64,000 nt of DNA from Vicinamibacteria bacterium (GCA_963422395.1 OY729431.1:864001-928000); one strand, 5' to 3'; positions 10,556 to 20,545 are shown, numbered from the stretch's first letter. A program made the numbers and translations. Notes: a model not told the origin generated them from the sequence alone.

Positions 10556-11053
10556 GTGGAGGGACTGGCGCGAAGAGCGGCGAAGAGAGCCGGAGTTGAT
10601 TTGGCATGGACCGATATCGAGGGGCGGCGAGGCAGTTTCCGGGTGCGCGTCTTCATCGAACGACGAGACGGGGGCGTGGGCTTGGCCGATTGCGAGCGGG
10701 TGAACGAGAAGCTCTCGGCGCTCTTCGACCTGGAGGATCCGATCCTGGGGTCCTGCTTCCTCGAAGTGAGCACGCCGGGGCTCGACCGTCCGCTTCGGTC
10801 CGTCGCCGACTGTCATCGGTTCCTCGGGCAGAGGGTCCGGGTGAGATACCGGATCGCGAACGACCCGCGGGAGGCGGGCCCGCAGACGGTCGTCGGGACA
10901 CTCCGGACGGTGGAGGACGCCACCATCTGCCTCGACGGCCCCGCAGGCGGATTGCGGATCGGCTGGAACGAAGTGGTCGCCGCCCGGCTCGACCCGGACC
11001 TCGGCGCGTTGCTTCGGCGAGGGGCTCGCGCACAGCGTCGCCGGCGAACCTGA
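10556..11053 (+). CDS. rimP: Ribosome maturation factor RimP
   Basis: VRVFIE..GGVGLADCERV, LEVSTPGLDRPL; lies upstream of nusA. Confidence 0.9.
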   Translation: MEGLARRAAKRAGVDLAWTDIEGRRGSFRVRVFIERRDGGVGLADCERVNEKLSALFDLEDPILGSCFLEVSTPGLDRPLRSVADCHRFLGQRVRVRYRIANDPREAGPQTVVGTLRTVEDATICLDGPAGGLRIGWNEVVAARLDPDLGALLRRGARAQRRRRT

Positions 11054-12174
11054 TGGAGGCGATCGACGAGCTCGCGGCTGAGGTGGACCACGCCGAGATC
11101 ATCGCCAGCGTGGAGCAGGCGGCCGCGTACGCCGCTTCACGCAGTTCCGGAAAGGACCTCAAGGTCCGCCTCGACTCCGAGAGCGGCAATCTGCTCTGCT
11201 ACACCACGAAGCGAGTGGCGGTCGAAGTGCTCGACCCCGAGACCGAGATCCTGCTCGACGCGGTGCGCGAAGGTGCTTCCCCCGGCGATGTGGTCGAGGT
11301 TCCGGTGCGGTTCGAAACGGCAGCCCGCCCGGCCGCCCGAGCTGCCCGCGCCGTTCTCGAAGCGCGGCTCCGCGCCGCCCGGCTGCTCGCCCAGGCCGCG
11401 CGCTACCGCGATCGGGTGGGCAAACTGGAGATCGGGGTCGTGACCCGCCGTGAGGGGCAGGATCTCATCGTGAACCTCGGTCCGGTGGAGGGCCGCCTGC
11501 CAGCAGCGGAACAGAGCCGCTACGAGGTCTTCAACCCCGAGGACACCATCCGGGCGGCGATTTGCGCCATCGAACCCGAGGATCCCCCGGTCATCCTCTC
11601 CCGGATCGCCCCCGAAGTAGTGGCCGGAGTGATCGAGCGCGAGACGCCCGAAGTGCGCCAGGGCGTCGTCGAAGTGCGGGCGGTGGCGCGCCATCCCGGG
11701 CAGCGCGCCAAGGTCGCGGTCTGGACCGACGCCCCTGGGGTGGATGCGGTGGCCGTCTGCCTCGGTCCAGGCGGTTCCCGCATCCGTGCGGTGAGCCGCG
11801 AACTTCGCGGCGAGCGAGTAGATGTGGTGCGGTGGCACGAGTCGATCGAGGTGTTTGCCCGAAACGCACTCCGGCCGGCGGAGGTGCTCGAGGTCTCGCG
11901 GGCCGCGCCGGAGCGGCCGTCGAGCTGGACAGACCGCACCGGCGGCGGTTTGGTGGTCACCGTGTCGGAGGTCCAGTTGCCCCGCGCGGTCGGTAAGCGC
12001 GGACAGAATGTGCGACTGGCGTCGGAGCTCTTGGGAATGCCCATCGAGGTGGTGGCGGAGGGACAGCTGCCCCGCGACAGCCGGGGACCTCGCGATGACT
12101 GGGGATCCCGCGATAGCCGGGGACCCCGCGACGGCCGGGGATCCCGCGATGACTGGGGGTCCCCGCGACGATAG
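11053..12174 (+). CDS. nusA: Transcription factor NusA (repeat tail continues to 12499 in a shifted frame)
   Basis: S1 and KH domains: ILSR, VARHPGQRAKVAV, ELRGERVDVV, AVGKRGQNVRLASEL. ATG overlaps the rimP stop. Confidence 0.9.
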   Translation: MEAIDELAAEVDHAEIIASVEQAAAYAASRSSGKDLKVRLDSESGNLLCYTTKRVAVEVLDPETEILLDAVREGASPGDVVEVPVRFETAARPAARAARAVLEARLRAARLLAQAARYRDRVGKLEIGVVTRREGQDLIVNLGPVEGRLPAAEQSRYEVFNPEDTIRAAICAIEPEDPPVILSRIAPEVVAGVIERETPEVRQGVVEVRAVARHPGQRAKVAVWTDAPGVDAVAVCLGPGGSRIRAVSRELRGERVDVVRWHESIEVFARNALRPAEVLEVSRAAPERPSSWTDRTGGGLVVTVSEVQLPRAVGKRGQNVRLASELLGMPIEVVAEGQLPRDSRGPRDDWGSRDSRGPRDGRGSRDDWGSPRR

Positions 12175-12345
12175 CCGGGGACCCCGCGACGGCCGGGGAC
12201 CCCGCGACAATCGGGGACCCCGCGACGGCCGGGGATCCCGCGATGACTGGGGATCCCGCGACAATCGGGGACCCCGCGACGGCCGGGGATCCCGCGATGA
12301 CTGGGGATCCCGCGACAATCGGGGACCCCGAGACGATCGGGGATG
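12070..12345 (+). repeat. 18-bp coding tandem repeat (about 15 units; PRDxRG/SRDDWG)
   Basis: Units such as ccccgcgacggccgggga and tcccgcgatgactgggga repeat in tandem. Confidence 0.9.
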
Positions 12346-12739
12346 GCGGGGCCGGCGCGACCGCGGGGGCGGAGAGGAACCGGAGCGCGGCCGCCCGAGT
12401 CAGGGGCGAAGGTTTCCGTCCCGGCAGGAAGTCGGCCCGGGCTTCAGGAAGGACTCGCGGCGCCCTGAACCTCGGGATCGCGCGGAGGACTCCCGCTAGC
12501 GGCGCAGGTCGGCAGTTCGTGGAAAAAGCAGCACTCGTTCCGTCTCCGCCCAGGAACGTCCGGAATCTCCGGCGTCTTCTGGATGCGGGGCTCTTGCCCG
12601 GAGGGGTGTGCCGAACCCTCAGGCGATCCACTCCACCCGTTTTCGCAATGTCGGGACAAGCCTTCTGGGACCCCGTCGGCGCGGCGATCGCCGTCGCGAA
12701 TCGGCGCCCGCCGACTTTCGCCGCCGGTTTCTGACTTCC

Positions 12740-15478
12740 ATGCCAACCAAGAATGTGCGGGTCAGTGACCTTGCCCGGGAACTCGGAGTCGATGCGTCCG
12801 AGCTCCTCGCGGGAATCCAGGCCGACCCCCGTCTGCGGGGAGTGCGGGTTCGGACGGTGTCCTCCTCCGTCCCGAAAGCCGACGCGAGCCGGATCCGCGC
12901 CCGACACCGGATCGAACAGCGGAAGGCCCAGCGGAAGGGGATAGATCGCAAGGCCAAGGCGGCCGAGAGGATCCGCCGCAGCGAGGCTGCGAGGAAGGCG
13001 GCCGAGGAGGCTGATCGCAAGGAGAGGGAAGAGACCGAACGGAAGGCGAAGGCCGAAGCCGAGAGGAAGGCTGCCGAGGAAGCGGTTGAGCGCGAAGCGG
13101 CGGCGGCAGCCGAGGCCGAGCGCCGAGCAGCTGAGGAAGAGGAAAGAGTGCGGCGGCGGAACGCCGCGGCGAAGGCAGCGGCCGAGCGCGAGGCACAGGA
13201 GGCCCTCGCGCGTGAGGCTGCCGCCCGCGAAGCCGCGGCCCGCCAGGCCGAGGAAAAGGTTTCTCGCGCCGGGACCGGGACTGCGCCGGACGACGCGGAA
13301 AAGTCAGCCCTTCCCCGGTCGCCGGACTCCGCCGAACGGATGGCGGCCGCCGAACCCCAGACGCGAAGCGAACCGCCGGAGGCCATCGCTCCGAAGCCGG
13401 GGCCGCGCCGGCTGGAAACGCGCAGCATCGCCTCTTCGGCAGGCTCGGGATTTCGCCCGGGAGCGACCGACCGCAAGATCGCTCCGGTGCCGCCCCGGCC
13501 GGCCCGCCGGGCGACGCCCCCCCGCATCCGAGCGACTCCGCCGCCCCTCCGGCGCGCTCCGCAGGTCGTCCAGAAGCTGCGCCGTCCGGCACCCGGCAAG
13601 CGCTCGAAGGCCCGGCGCCGGCAGGCCCCGACCGAGACTCCCGAGGTCATCGAGACCATCGACTCTCAGCTGCCTCCCGGGCTCCGGAAGGCGGCGGCCC
13701 GCGAGTTCCGCAGCACCGCTGCGGTGGTCCTCGGGGAAGCGATCACCGTGAAGGAACTCGCCGAGGCGATGAAGATCCCCACGGTGGAGCTGATCAAGGC
13801 TCTCCTCCTGCACCATGGGATAGCGGCCTCCATCAACCAGCCGCTCGATGCGGAAACCGCCGGCAAGCTCGTCGCCCGGTTCGGGGGTTCGGTCGTCGAG
13901 GCGGTCGCGGCGCCATCCCCCGAAAAAGACGAACCCTCCGCAGAGATCGGGGAGAAGAAGGAGGGCTTCGTCGAACGCGCCCCGGTGGTCACCGTGATGG
14001 GGCATGTGGACCACGGCAAGACGAGCCTCCTCGATGCGATACGCAAGTCGCGGGTGGTGGACAGCGAGGCCGGGGGCATCACGCAGCACATGAGCGCCTA
14101 CACCGTGGACGCGAACAGTCACCGGATCGTGTTCCTGGACACTCCGGGGCATGAGGCGTTCACCAAGATGCGGGCCCGCGGGGCTGATGTCACCGATGTC
14201 GTCATTCTCGTCGTGGCTGCCGACGACGGCGCCAAGGAGCAGACGATCGAAGCACTGCACCATGCCCGCGCCGCCGAGGTGCCCATGGTGGTCGCGGTGA
14301 ACAAGATGGACAAGCCGGCCGCCGATCCCGAACTCGTGATGCGCCAATTGGCGGAGCGCGGAGTCACTCCCGAGGAGTGGGGCGGAGACTCCATCTTCTG
14401 CCGCGTTTCGGCGAAGACCCAGGAAGGACTCCCCGAGTTGCTCCAGTCGGTCCTCGATGTGGCAGAACTGGAGGAGCCGACCGCGAATCCGATCGGCCCG
14501 GCACAGGGCGTCGTGCTCGAAGCGCGCAAGGACCGGGGCCGCGGGCCGGTGGCGCAGCTGCTCGTCCAGAACGGAACCCTTTCGGTGGGCGACACGGTGT
14601 CGGCCGGCGCCGCCTGGGGGAAAGTTCGCGCGCTGCTCGACGAGTCGGGCCGGAGGATGAAGGCCGCTCCCCCGTCCACCCCGGTGGAGGTGCTCGGCTT
14701 GGCCGAAGTGCCCCTGGTCGGAGACCGTTTCAACGCCGGCCAGACTCCTTCTGACGCGCGGCGCACTGCCCAGGAAAAACAGGCGGCGCGGCGTATCGAG
14801 GTCATCGAGGGGCGTCAGCGTCTGAATCTCCAAAACCTCCACGCCCAGCTGAGCGGAGGATTGAAGGAACTGCCGGTGGTCCTCAAGGCCGATGTCGGGG
14901 GCAGCGTGGAGGCGGTGCGGGACTCGCTCGTCCGCCTCTCCGGCGACGAGGTGAAGCTGCGGATCGTTCACGCCGCTGCGGGCGCGGTATCGGAGAGCGA
15001 TGTGAACCTGGCGGCGGCCACCGACGCGATCATCGTGGCTTTCGGGGTGCGCCCGGAGCCATCGGCGGAGCGCTTGGCAGAACAGGAAGGGGTCGATATC
15101 CGTCCCCACACCGTCATCTACCACCTGGTCGAAGAGATCGAGAAAGCGCTCTCGGGGTTGCTCGAACCCGAGACCGAGATCGTCGAACTCGGCCGGATCG
15201 AGGTGCGCCGAACCTTCCAGGTGCCGCGGGTGGGGGTCGTGGCCGGTTCGTATGTCCTGAGCGGTGCGGTGCCGAGGAACGCGCGGGTCCGCCTGGTGCG
15301 GGACGGCCGGGTGGTGCACGAAGGGCGGATCGGGAGCCTCCGGCGCTTCAAGGAAGATGTGGCGCGGGTGCGCGAGGGTTTCGAGTGCGGGTTGGGTATC
15401 GCGGGGTACAACGATGTGAAGATCGGCGACATCATCGAGGCTTTCCGGGAAGAGCAGGTGAAGCCGGCGGCGGTGTGA
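12740..15478 (+). CDS. infB: Translation initiation factor IF-2
   Basis: VTVMGHVDHGKTSLLD, GGITQH, DTPGHEAF, NKMD, GFECG. Confidence 0.97.
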   Translation: MPTKNVRVSDLARELGVDASELLAGIQADPRLRGVRVRTVSSSVPKADASRIRARHRIEQRKAQRKGIDRKAKAAERIRRSEAARKAAEEADRKEREETERKAKAEAERKAAEEAVEREAAAAAEAERRAAEEEERVRRRNAAAKAAAEREAQEALAREAAAREAAARQAEEKVSRAGTGTAPDDAEKSALPRSPDSAERMAAAEPQTRSEPPEAIAPKPGPRRLETRSIASSAGSGFRPGATDRKIAPVPPRPARRATPPRIRATPPPLRRAPQVVQKLRRPAPGKRSKARRRQAPTETPEVIETIDSQLPPGLRKAAAREFRSTAAVVLGEAITVKELAEAMKIPTVELIKALLLHHGIAASINQPLDAETAGKLVARFGGSVVEAVAAPSPEKDEPSAEIGEKKEGFVERAPVVTVMGHVDHGKTSLLDAIRKSRVVDSEAGGITQHMSAYTVDANSHRIVFLDTPGHEAFTKMRARGADVTDVVILVVAADDGAKEQTIEALHHARAAEVPMVVAVNKMDKPAADPELVMRQLAERGVTPEEWGGDSIFCRVSAKTQEGLPELLQSVLDVAELEEPTANPIGPAQGVVLEARKDRGRGPVAQLLVQNGTLSVGDTVSAGAAWGKVRALLDESGRRMKAAPPSTPVEVLGLAEVPLVGDRFNAGQTPSDARRTAQEKQAARRIEVIEGRQRLNLQNLHAQLSGGLKELPVVLKADVGGSVEAVRDSLVRLSGDEVKLRIVHAAAGAVSESDVNLAAATDAIIVAFGVRPEPSAERLAEQEGVDIRPHTVIYHLVEEIEKALSGLLEPETEIVELGRIEVRRTFQVPRVGVVAGSYVLSGAVPRNARVRLVRDGRVVHEGRIGSLRRFKEDVARVREGFECGLGIAGYNDVKIGDIIEAFREEQVKPAAV

Positions 15479-15552
15479 AGCCGTGTGTGATGCCGGTCGC
15501 GCCGGATGGCAGCTTGGGGACGAAGTGCCGAGTGACTTTGTCCACGGACTGT

Positions 15553-15745
15553 TAGCAGCCTGTGGACGAAGTCACACGGCCAAAGGCCGGCGATGCCCAG
15601 TTCTCCCGGTGGGGGCCCCGGCTGAACGCTTCGCTCGGCGTTGCGATTCCGTCGGAATACACCCGGTATGCCTCCCGAATCGCGCCTCGTCAGCCGGGCG
15701 CCTCCCCGATCTCGGGGCTCGCGCCACTTCATCCACAGGCTGCTA
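15553..15745 (+). mobile_element. MITE family 1, copy 1 (abuts an inverted end fragment at 15526-15554)
   Basis: 14-bp terminal inverted repeats TAGCAGCCTGTGGA...TCCACAGGCTGCTA; internal sequence shared with four other copies. Confidence 0.85.
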
Positions 15746-15851
15746 GGGAACTCGTGGCGGCAGTCGGCGCCTGCCTGAGCCGAGGGGGCCGCGGAGCGAT
15801 CCCGGTGCGCTCTGCCTCCGGCAGGATGCGGCGCGCGCGCCCCAACAGGGG

Positions 15852-16160
15852 GTGATCGTGTCGAGAACCCGCGTCGGACTCCTGCGCATCGCGCTCAGTC
15901 TTCCCGGGGCGCGTTCGTTGAAGGATCGGCGCCGGGTGGTCCGATCGCTCGCCGATCGGTTGCGCTCCCGCTGTCTCGTCGCCGTCGCCGAAACCGGAGA
16001 TCCCGAGCGGCTCCGGGAAGCGGAAGTCTCGGTCGTTGCCGTCGGGCTCGGAGAAGCGACGGTGAGCGCCCGTCTCGCCGCCGCCGGGAACATCGCAGTC
16101 CGAGCTTTTCCGTCCGAAGTCACCGGGGCCGAGATCGAATGGCTGGAGTCCGGCGGGTGA
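15852..16160 (+). CDS. DUF503 (YlxP-like) protein
   Basis: L.LPGARSLKDRRRVVRSL..RLR...VAVAE; conserved position between infB and rbfA. Confidence 0.85.
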   Translation: MIVSRTRVGLLRIALSLPGARSLKDRRRVVRSLADRLRSRCLVAVAETGDPERLREAEVSVVAVGLGEATVSARLAAAGNIAVRAFPSEVTGAEIEWLESGG

Positions 16161-16208
16161 CCCGCCTGCTGGCGGCGCCCGCGAGCGGTTGAAAGGAGGG
16201 ATGGGCTC

Positions 16209-16637
16209 ATGCGTACCGCGGGGCGCCGGGAGCGGGTCGCCGAGGCGATTCGCAAGGAGGCGGCGGGCATCCTGCACTTCGATCTGGCCGATCCGCGCGT
16301 GCACCGGGCTACCGTCACCCGGGTCGCCCTGACCGGGGATCTGACCCTCGCTCGGGTCTATGTGTCGGTTCTCGGCAGCGAGGCGGCGCAGCAGGAAACG
16401 CTCGAGGTGCTCGGCCGGGCACGCGGCCGGGTGCGGAAGCTGCTCGGGTCGCGGATGCGGCTCCGGATCACCCCGGAAGTGCGGTTCGTCTTCGATCCGT
16501 CGGTGGAGTTCTCGATCCGTCTGGAACAGATTCTCGAACGAGAGCGGTCCAGGCAGTCCGACTCCGATTCCTCCGGCGGGGAGGGTGCTGTCGGGCGGTC
16601 CGAGGAGAGCGATGGGGAAGGGGAGGAAGCCAGCTGA
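16209..16637 (+). CDS. rbfA: Ribosome-binding factor A
   Basis: RRERVAEAI, DPRV, VTRV.LT.DL..ARVYVS, LRITPEVRFVFD.S. Confidence 0.95.
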   Translation: MRTAGRRERVAEAIRKEAAGILHFDLADPRVHRATVTRVALTGDLTLARVYVSVLGSEAAQQETLEVLGRARGRVRKLLGSRMRLRITPEVRFVFDPSVEFSIRLEQILERERSRQSDSDSSGGEGAVGRSEESDGEGEEAS

Positions 16638-17593
16638 TTTCGGGACTGCTCCTCGTGGACAAGGACGAGGGGCCCTCTTCTTTCGGGGTGGTGCGCGAAG
16701 TTCGAAAGCTCTTCGGGGGGCCTCGGGTCGGCCATGTCGGCTCGCTCGACCCCTTCGCGACCGGCCTGCTGCCGGTCTGCGTCGGCCGGGCCACCCGTCT
16801 TTCCCGCTTCATCGCCTCCGGAGCCAAGCGTTACCGCGCCACGATCCGCTTCGGCCAGGCGACCGATACCGATGACCGGACCGGCCGGCCCGTCGGCCCT
16901 CCGGCCCCGCCGCCTGCGGAATCCGCCCTCGGCGAAGTGCTCGGAACCTTTCTCGGCGAAATCGAGCAGCGCCCTCCCGCCTATTCGGCCAAGCGCATCG
17001 GCGGACAGCGCGCCTATCGTCTCGCCCGCGCCGGGAAGCCGGCGTCGTTGGCCCCGGTCCGGGTCCGGGTAGACGCGCTCGAACTCCTCGGCTTCGACGG
17101 AAACGAAGCGGAGATCACCTGCCAGACGGGGCCGGGCGTCTATGTTCGCGCCCTCGCCCGGGATCTCGGGGAGCGGCTCGGCAGTGCGGCGCACCTCGCC
17201 GCGCTGCGCCGCACTGCCGTCGGGGATTTTCGTGTCGCGGACGCGGTGCGCCTTGCGGGGCTACCCGATCGCGCCGCGGCGGTCTCCCGGCTGCTGGACC
17301 CGACTGCAGCCCTTGCCGGGATGCCCCGGCTCCGGGTCAGCGAGAGCGCCCGAACCGCGCTCGAACACGGGCGGGTGGCGCCGTTCGATTCCAGCAGCGA
17401 CCTCTCAGGCACAGAAACCGAAGAGGCAACGAAAGGAGAAGGGGGGCTCTGCTGCGCGGTCGCGGCGGCCGAATCGGAATCTGGCGCTGCGGGTGGGGAG
17501 GACGCTCCACTCCGTCTCGTCGCCGTGGTCTCCCGGGTTGCCTCCGGGTGGCGGCCGCTTCTCGTCTGGAATCCGGATTCCCGGAACCGGTGA
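16634..17593 (+). CDS. truB: tRNA pseudouridine(55) synthase TruB (start CTG 16634 or GTG 16655)
   Basis: GLLLVDK, VGHVGSLDPFATGLLPV, QRPPAYSAKRIGG.RAY.LAR, YVRALARDLG. Confidence 0.93.
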   Translation: MISGLLLVDKDEGPSSFGVVREVRKLFGGPRVGHVGSLDPFATGLLPVCVGRATRLSRFIASGAKRYRATIRFGQATDTDDRTGRPVGPPAPPPAESALGEVLGTFLGEIEQRPPAYSAKRIGGQRAYRLARAGKPASLAPVRVRVDALELLGFDGNEAEITCQTGPGVYVRALARDLGERLGSAAHLAALRRTAVGDFRVADAVRLAGLPDRAAAVSRLLDPTAALAGMPRLRVSESARTALEHGRVAPFDSSSDLSGTETEEATKGEGGLCCAVAAAESESGAAGGEDAPLRLVAVVSRVASGWRPLLVWNPDSRNR

Positions 17594-17605
17594 AACCGCC
17601 GAGTG

Positions 17606-17832
17606 TGGTAATGTCCCGCCTACAAGAGATATCGGCTCGGAAAGATTGATCGTGACGACTGAAGATCCTGATCGCCCTATTGTGGGCTGTTGACGCGTTT
17701 CGTTGATGCCGGCCGGAAGTTGGGAGTAACCCAACCCATGACAGGACTAGTCGCGGTGAGATCCAGGATGATCTTTCCCCGGCGGGACCTGAAAACCACC
17801 GTTTTCCGTCCCCGGCAACAGGTAACGCTCCC
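17606..17832 (+). promoter_or_regulatory. Candidate promoter (TGgTAATGT) and structured 5' leader of rpsO
   Basis: Extended -10-like site followed by nested pairings ggaaagat/atctttcc, cgact/agtcg, tcctg/cagga and gttggg/cccaac. Confidence 0.4.
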
Positions 17833-18102
17833 TTGGCACTGACCCCGGCCCTCAAGCAAGAGATCATCGAAAAGCATCGGCTCCACGACCAGGATGCCGG
17901 TTCTCCGGAAGTTCAGGTTGCGCTGCTCACTGCCCGGATCACCGGGCTCGCCGGTCATTTCGGCGAGAATGCGAAAGATCACGCGTCCCGGCGGGGGCTA
18001 CTGAAGATGGTGAGTCGGCGGCGGCGGCTGCTCGACTACCTTCGTCGCGAAGATGTCGATCGCTACCGGCGGCTGATCACGGAACTCCGACTCAGAAAAT
18101 AG
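17833..18102 (+). CDS. rpsO: 30S ribosomal protein S15
   Basis: [18 protein letters not shown]....[22 protein letters not shown]; 89 aa. Confidence 0.97.
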   Translation: MALTPALKQEIIEKHRLHDQDAGSPEVQVALLTARITGLAGHFGENAKDHASRRGLLKMVSRRRRLLDYLRREDVDRYRRLITELRLRK

Positions 18103-18190
18103 CCTCCGGGCTTGAAATAGACAGCGCGGTTCTGGCGCCGCATGGCGCCGGGTGCTCTGCGCCGCAAGGAAACCAAGGAAGGGATTCAGA

Positions 18191-20479
18191 TTGACAGAAA
18201 CTGTAAGTACACGGATCGGCGAGAACGATCTGATCATCGAGACCGGAAGGCTGGCCCGGCAGGCCGCCGGGTCGGTCACGGTGCGGCTCGGGGACACGAT
18301 GGTGCTGGCGACGGTCAGCGCGTCCCGGCAGGATCGCCCCGATGTGGATTTTTTGCCGCTCGCGGTGGACTACCGAGAGAACTTCTACGCTGCGGGCCGC
18401 ATTCCCGGCGGGTTCTTCAAACGTGAAGGCCGCCCCAACGAGCGGGAGATCCTCACCTGTCGGCTGATCGATCGTCCATTGCGCCCGCTGTTTCCGAGCG
18501 GCTGGCGCCGGGAGACCCAAGTGACCTGCCTGCTCCTTTCGACCGACCGGGAGAACGACTCCGATGTCCTGGCGATCACCGGGGCGGCGGCGGCGCTCGG
18601 GATTTCGGACCTGCCGTTCGACACTGGAATCGGCGCGGTGCGGGTCGGGCGGGTGAAGGACGAATTCGTGCTCTGTCCGACCTTCGGGCAGCTCGAGCAA
18701 TCGACCCTCAACCTGGTGGTTGCCGGTTCCGACGATGCGATCGTGATGGTCGAGGCAGGGGCCCAGGAGTTGCCGGAGGCCCTGATGGTGGAAGCGCTGG
18801 GCTTCGCGCATGAAGGGATCCGCCGGATCGTGGGTATCCAGCAGGAACTGGTGCGGCGGATCCAGCCCAAGAAGCAGGTCGTGGTCTCGCGCGACCCGGA
18901 TCCCGAGCTCGTCGGCGAAATCGGTGAGAAGTTCCAGGAGAGTTTGCAGCAGGCGATGCAGACACCGGGCAAGGCCGCGGCCTCGCTCGCGGTGGGCGCA
19001 GTGAAGACGGCGATCTCCGAGAGTCTCGAAAGCCGCTCTGATGAGGAACGCGCCCAGGCCGGAGCCATCGTCGAGTCCCTCGAGGAGAACATCCTGCGGC
19101 GGACGATCCTCGACAGCGGCAAGCGGCTCGATGGGCGGGCCTTCGACGAGATTCGCCAACTGGGGTGCGAAGTCGGGGTGCTGCCCCGAACCCACGGCTC
19201 GGCGGTGTTCACTCGCGGCGAGACCCAGGCGCTCGTGGTCACCACCCTCGCTCCGCTGAGCGAGAGCCAGCGTCTCGACTGGGTCCACGGCTCCGGCGAG
19301 AAACGCTTCATGCTCCACTACAACTTCCCGGCCTTCTCGGTCGGCGAGGCCCGCATGATGCGCGGTCCCGGCCGCCGGGAGATCGGCCACGGAGCGCTCG
19401 CCGAGCGGGCACTGGCGCGGGCGATCCCCGGAGAGGCGGAGTTCAACTACGCCATCCGGGTGGTTTCGGACACTCTCGAGTCGAACGGATCGAGCTCCAT
19501 GGCTGCGGTCACCGGCGGCTGTCTCTCGCTCATGGACGCGGGGGTCCCGCTCAAAGCTCCCATCGCCGGGATCGCGATGGGGCTGATCACCGAGGGCGAC
19601 GAGTACCGGATCCTGACCGATATCGCCGGGGCCGAGGACCACTACGGCGATATGGACTTCAAGGTGGCGGGCACCGCGAGCGGGATCACCGCCCTGCAGA
19701 TGGACATCAAGATCGCGGGGCTCCGGCTCGACATCGTCGCCGAGGCACTCGAGCGGGCGCGGCAGGCGCGGATCGTGATCCTCCGCGCGATGGCGGAGGC
19801 TCTCCCCGAACCGCGCAAGGAGACCTCTCCTCATGCACCGGCGATCCTCACCATGAAGATTCCGATGCGGAAGATCCGGGATGTCATCGGCCCTGGCGGC
19901 AAGACCATCCGCTCCATCACCGATGAAACCGGAGCGCGGGTGGATGTGTCCGACGACGGGTCCATCCAGATCGCGGGGAGCGACGCCGCAGCCGCCCAGA
20001 AGGCGAGGGAACGCATCGAGTCCATCGCGCACAGTCAGGTGCCCGAAGTCGGCAAGGACTACAACGGCGTCGTGAAGACCATCGTGGACTTCGGCGCCTT
20101 CGTGGAGATCCTGCCGGGAACCGATGGATTGCTCCACATCTCCGAGATCGCCGACCGCCATGTGGACAGCGTGCGCGACGAGCTGCAGGAGGGTGATGAA
20201 GTCGAAGTCCGGGTGATCGAGGTGGACGGCAACGGACGAACCCGCCTCTCCTGCAAGGACATCATCCGGGAACGCGCCGGGCTGCCGCCGCTTCCGCCCC
20301 GCTCTCCGAGGCGGCGAGGAGGCCGTGATGGCGGCGGTGGAGGCCGCGATGGCGGTGGAGGTCGCGATGGCGGTGGGGGCCGCGATCATCATCGCGGCGG
20401 CGGCGGCGGCGGACGTGATCGCGATCATCGCGGCGGGGGCCGCGATCATCGTGGCGGCGGACGAGATCGCCGACGGTAA
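18191..20479 (+). CDS. pnp: Polyribonucleotide nucleotidyltransferase
   Basis: ETGRLARQA, GRIPGGFFKREGRP, FTRGETQAL, RREIGHG, ESNGSSSMA, GDMDFKVAGT, KH and S1 domains. Confidence 0.97.
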   Translation: MTETVSTRIGENDLIIETGRLARQAAGSVTVRLGDTMVLATVSASRQDRPDVDFLPLAVDYRENFYAAGRIPGGFFKREGRPNEREILTCRLIDRPLRPLFPSGWRRETQVTCLLLSTDRENDSDVLAITGAAAALGISDLPFDTGIGAVRVGRVKDEFVLCPTFGQLEQSTLNLVVAGSDDAIVMVEAGAQELPEALMVEALGFAHEGIRRIVGIQQELVRRIQPKKQVVVSRDPDPELVGEIGEKFQESLQQAMQTPGKAAASLAVGAVKTAISESLESRSDEERAQAGAIVESLEENILRRTILDSGKRLDGRAFDEIRQLGCEVGVLPRTHGSAVFTRGETQALVVTTLAPLSESQRLDWVHGSGEKRFMLHYNFPAFSVGEARMMRGPGRREIGHGALAERALARAIPGEAEFNYAIRVVSDTLESNGSSSMAAVTGGCLSLMDAGVPLKAPIAGIAMGLITEGDEYRILTDIAGAEDHYGDMDFKVAGTASGITALQMDIKIAGLRLDIVAEALERARQARIVILRAMAEALPEPRKETSPHAPAILTMKIPMRKIRDVIGPGGKTIRSITDETGARVDVSDDGSIQIAGSDAAAAQKARERIESIAHSQVPEVGKDYNGVVKTIVDFGAFVEILPGTDGLLHISEIADRHVDSVRDELQEGDEVEVRVIEVDGNGRTRLSCKDIIRERAGLPPLPPRSPRRRGGRDGGGGGRDGGGGRDGGGGRDHHRGGGGGGRDRDHRGGGRDHRGGGRDRRR
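20320..20476 (+). repeat. Low-complexity coding repeat (RDGGGG / RDHRGGG) in the PNPase tail
   Basis: Repeated ggccgcgatggcggtgga and cgcgatcatcgcggcggc units. Confidence 0.8.
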
Positions 20480-20545
20480 TAACGGCTCCGCGTCGAAAGA
20501 GCGTCCCGTGTCCATCCAGCTCAGGGCACTCCGGCCCTAGCAGAA

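Noticed and set aside
12070-12345. CRISPR-like periodic array
   Set aside because: Contiguous 18-bp units with no unique spacers, in frame with nusA, and no cas genes.
12500-12734. Possible YlxR/DUF448 gene between nusA and infB
   Set aside because: The position fits, but no CxxC or GRGAY motif is present; too weak to call.
15483-15855. Recurrent small ORFs (MDEVARAPR..., MKWREHRDR...) at several loci
   Set aside because: They are translations of the MITE copies, with no transposase motifs.
18092-20515. 807-aa minus-strand ORF, and similar long antisense ORFs over smc, infB, 35229-37985 and fabF
   Set aside because: They mirror well-supported genes on the opposite strand and carry no motifs of their own.
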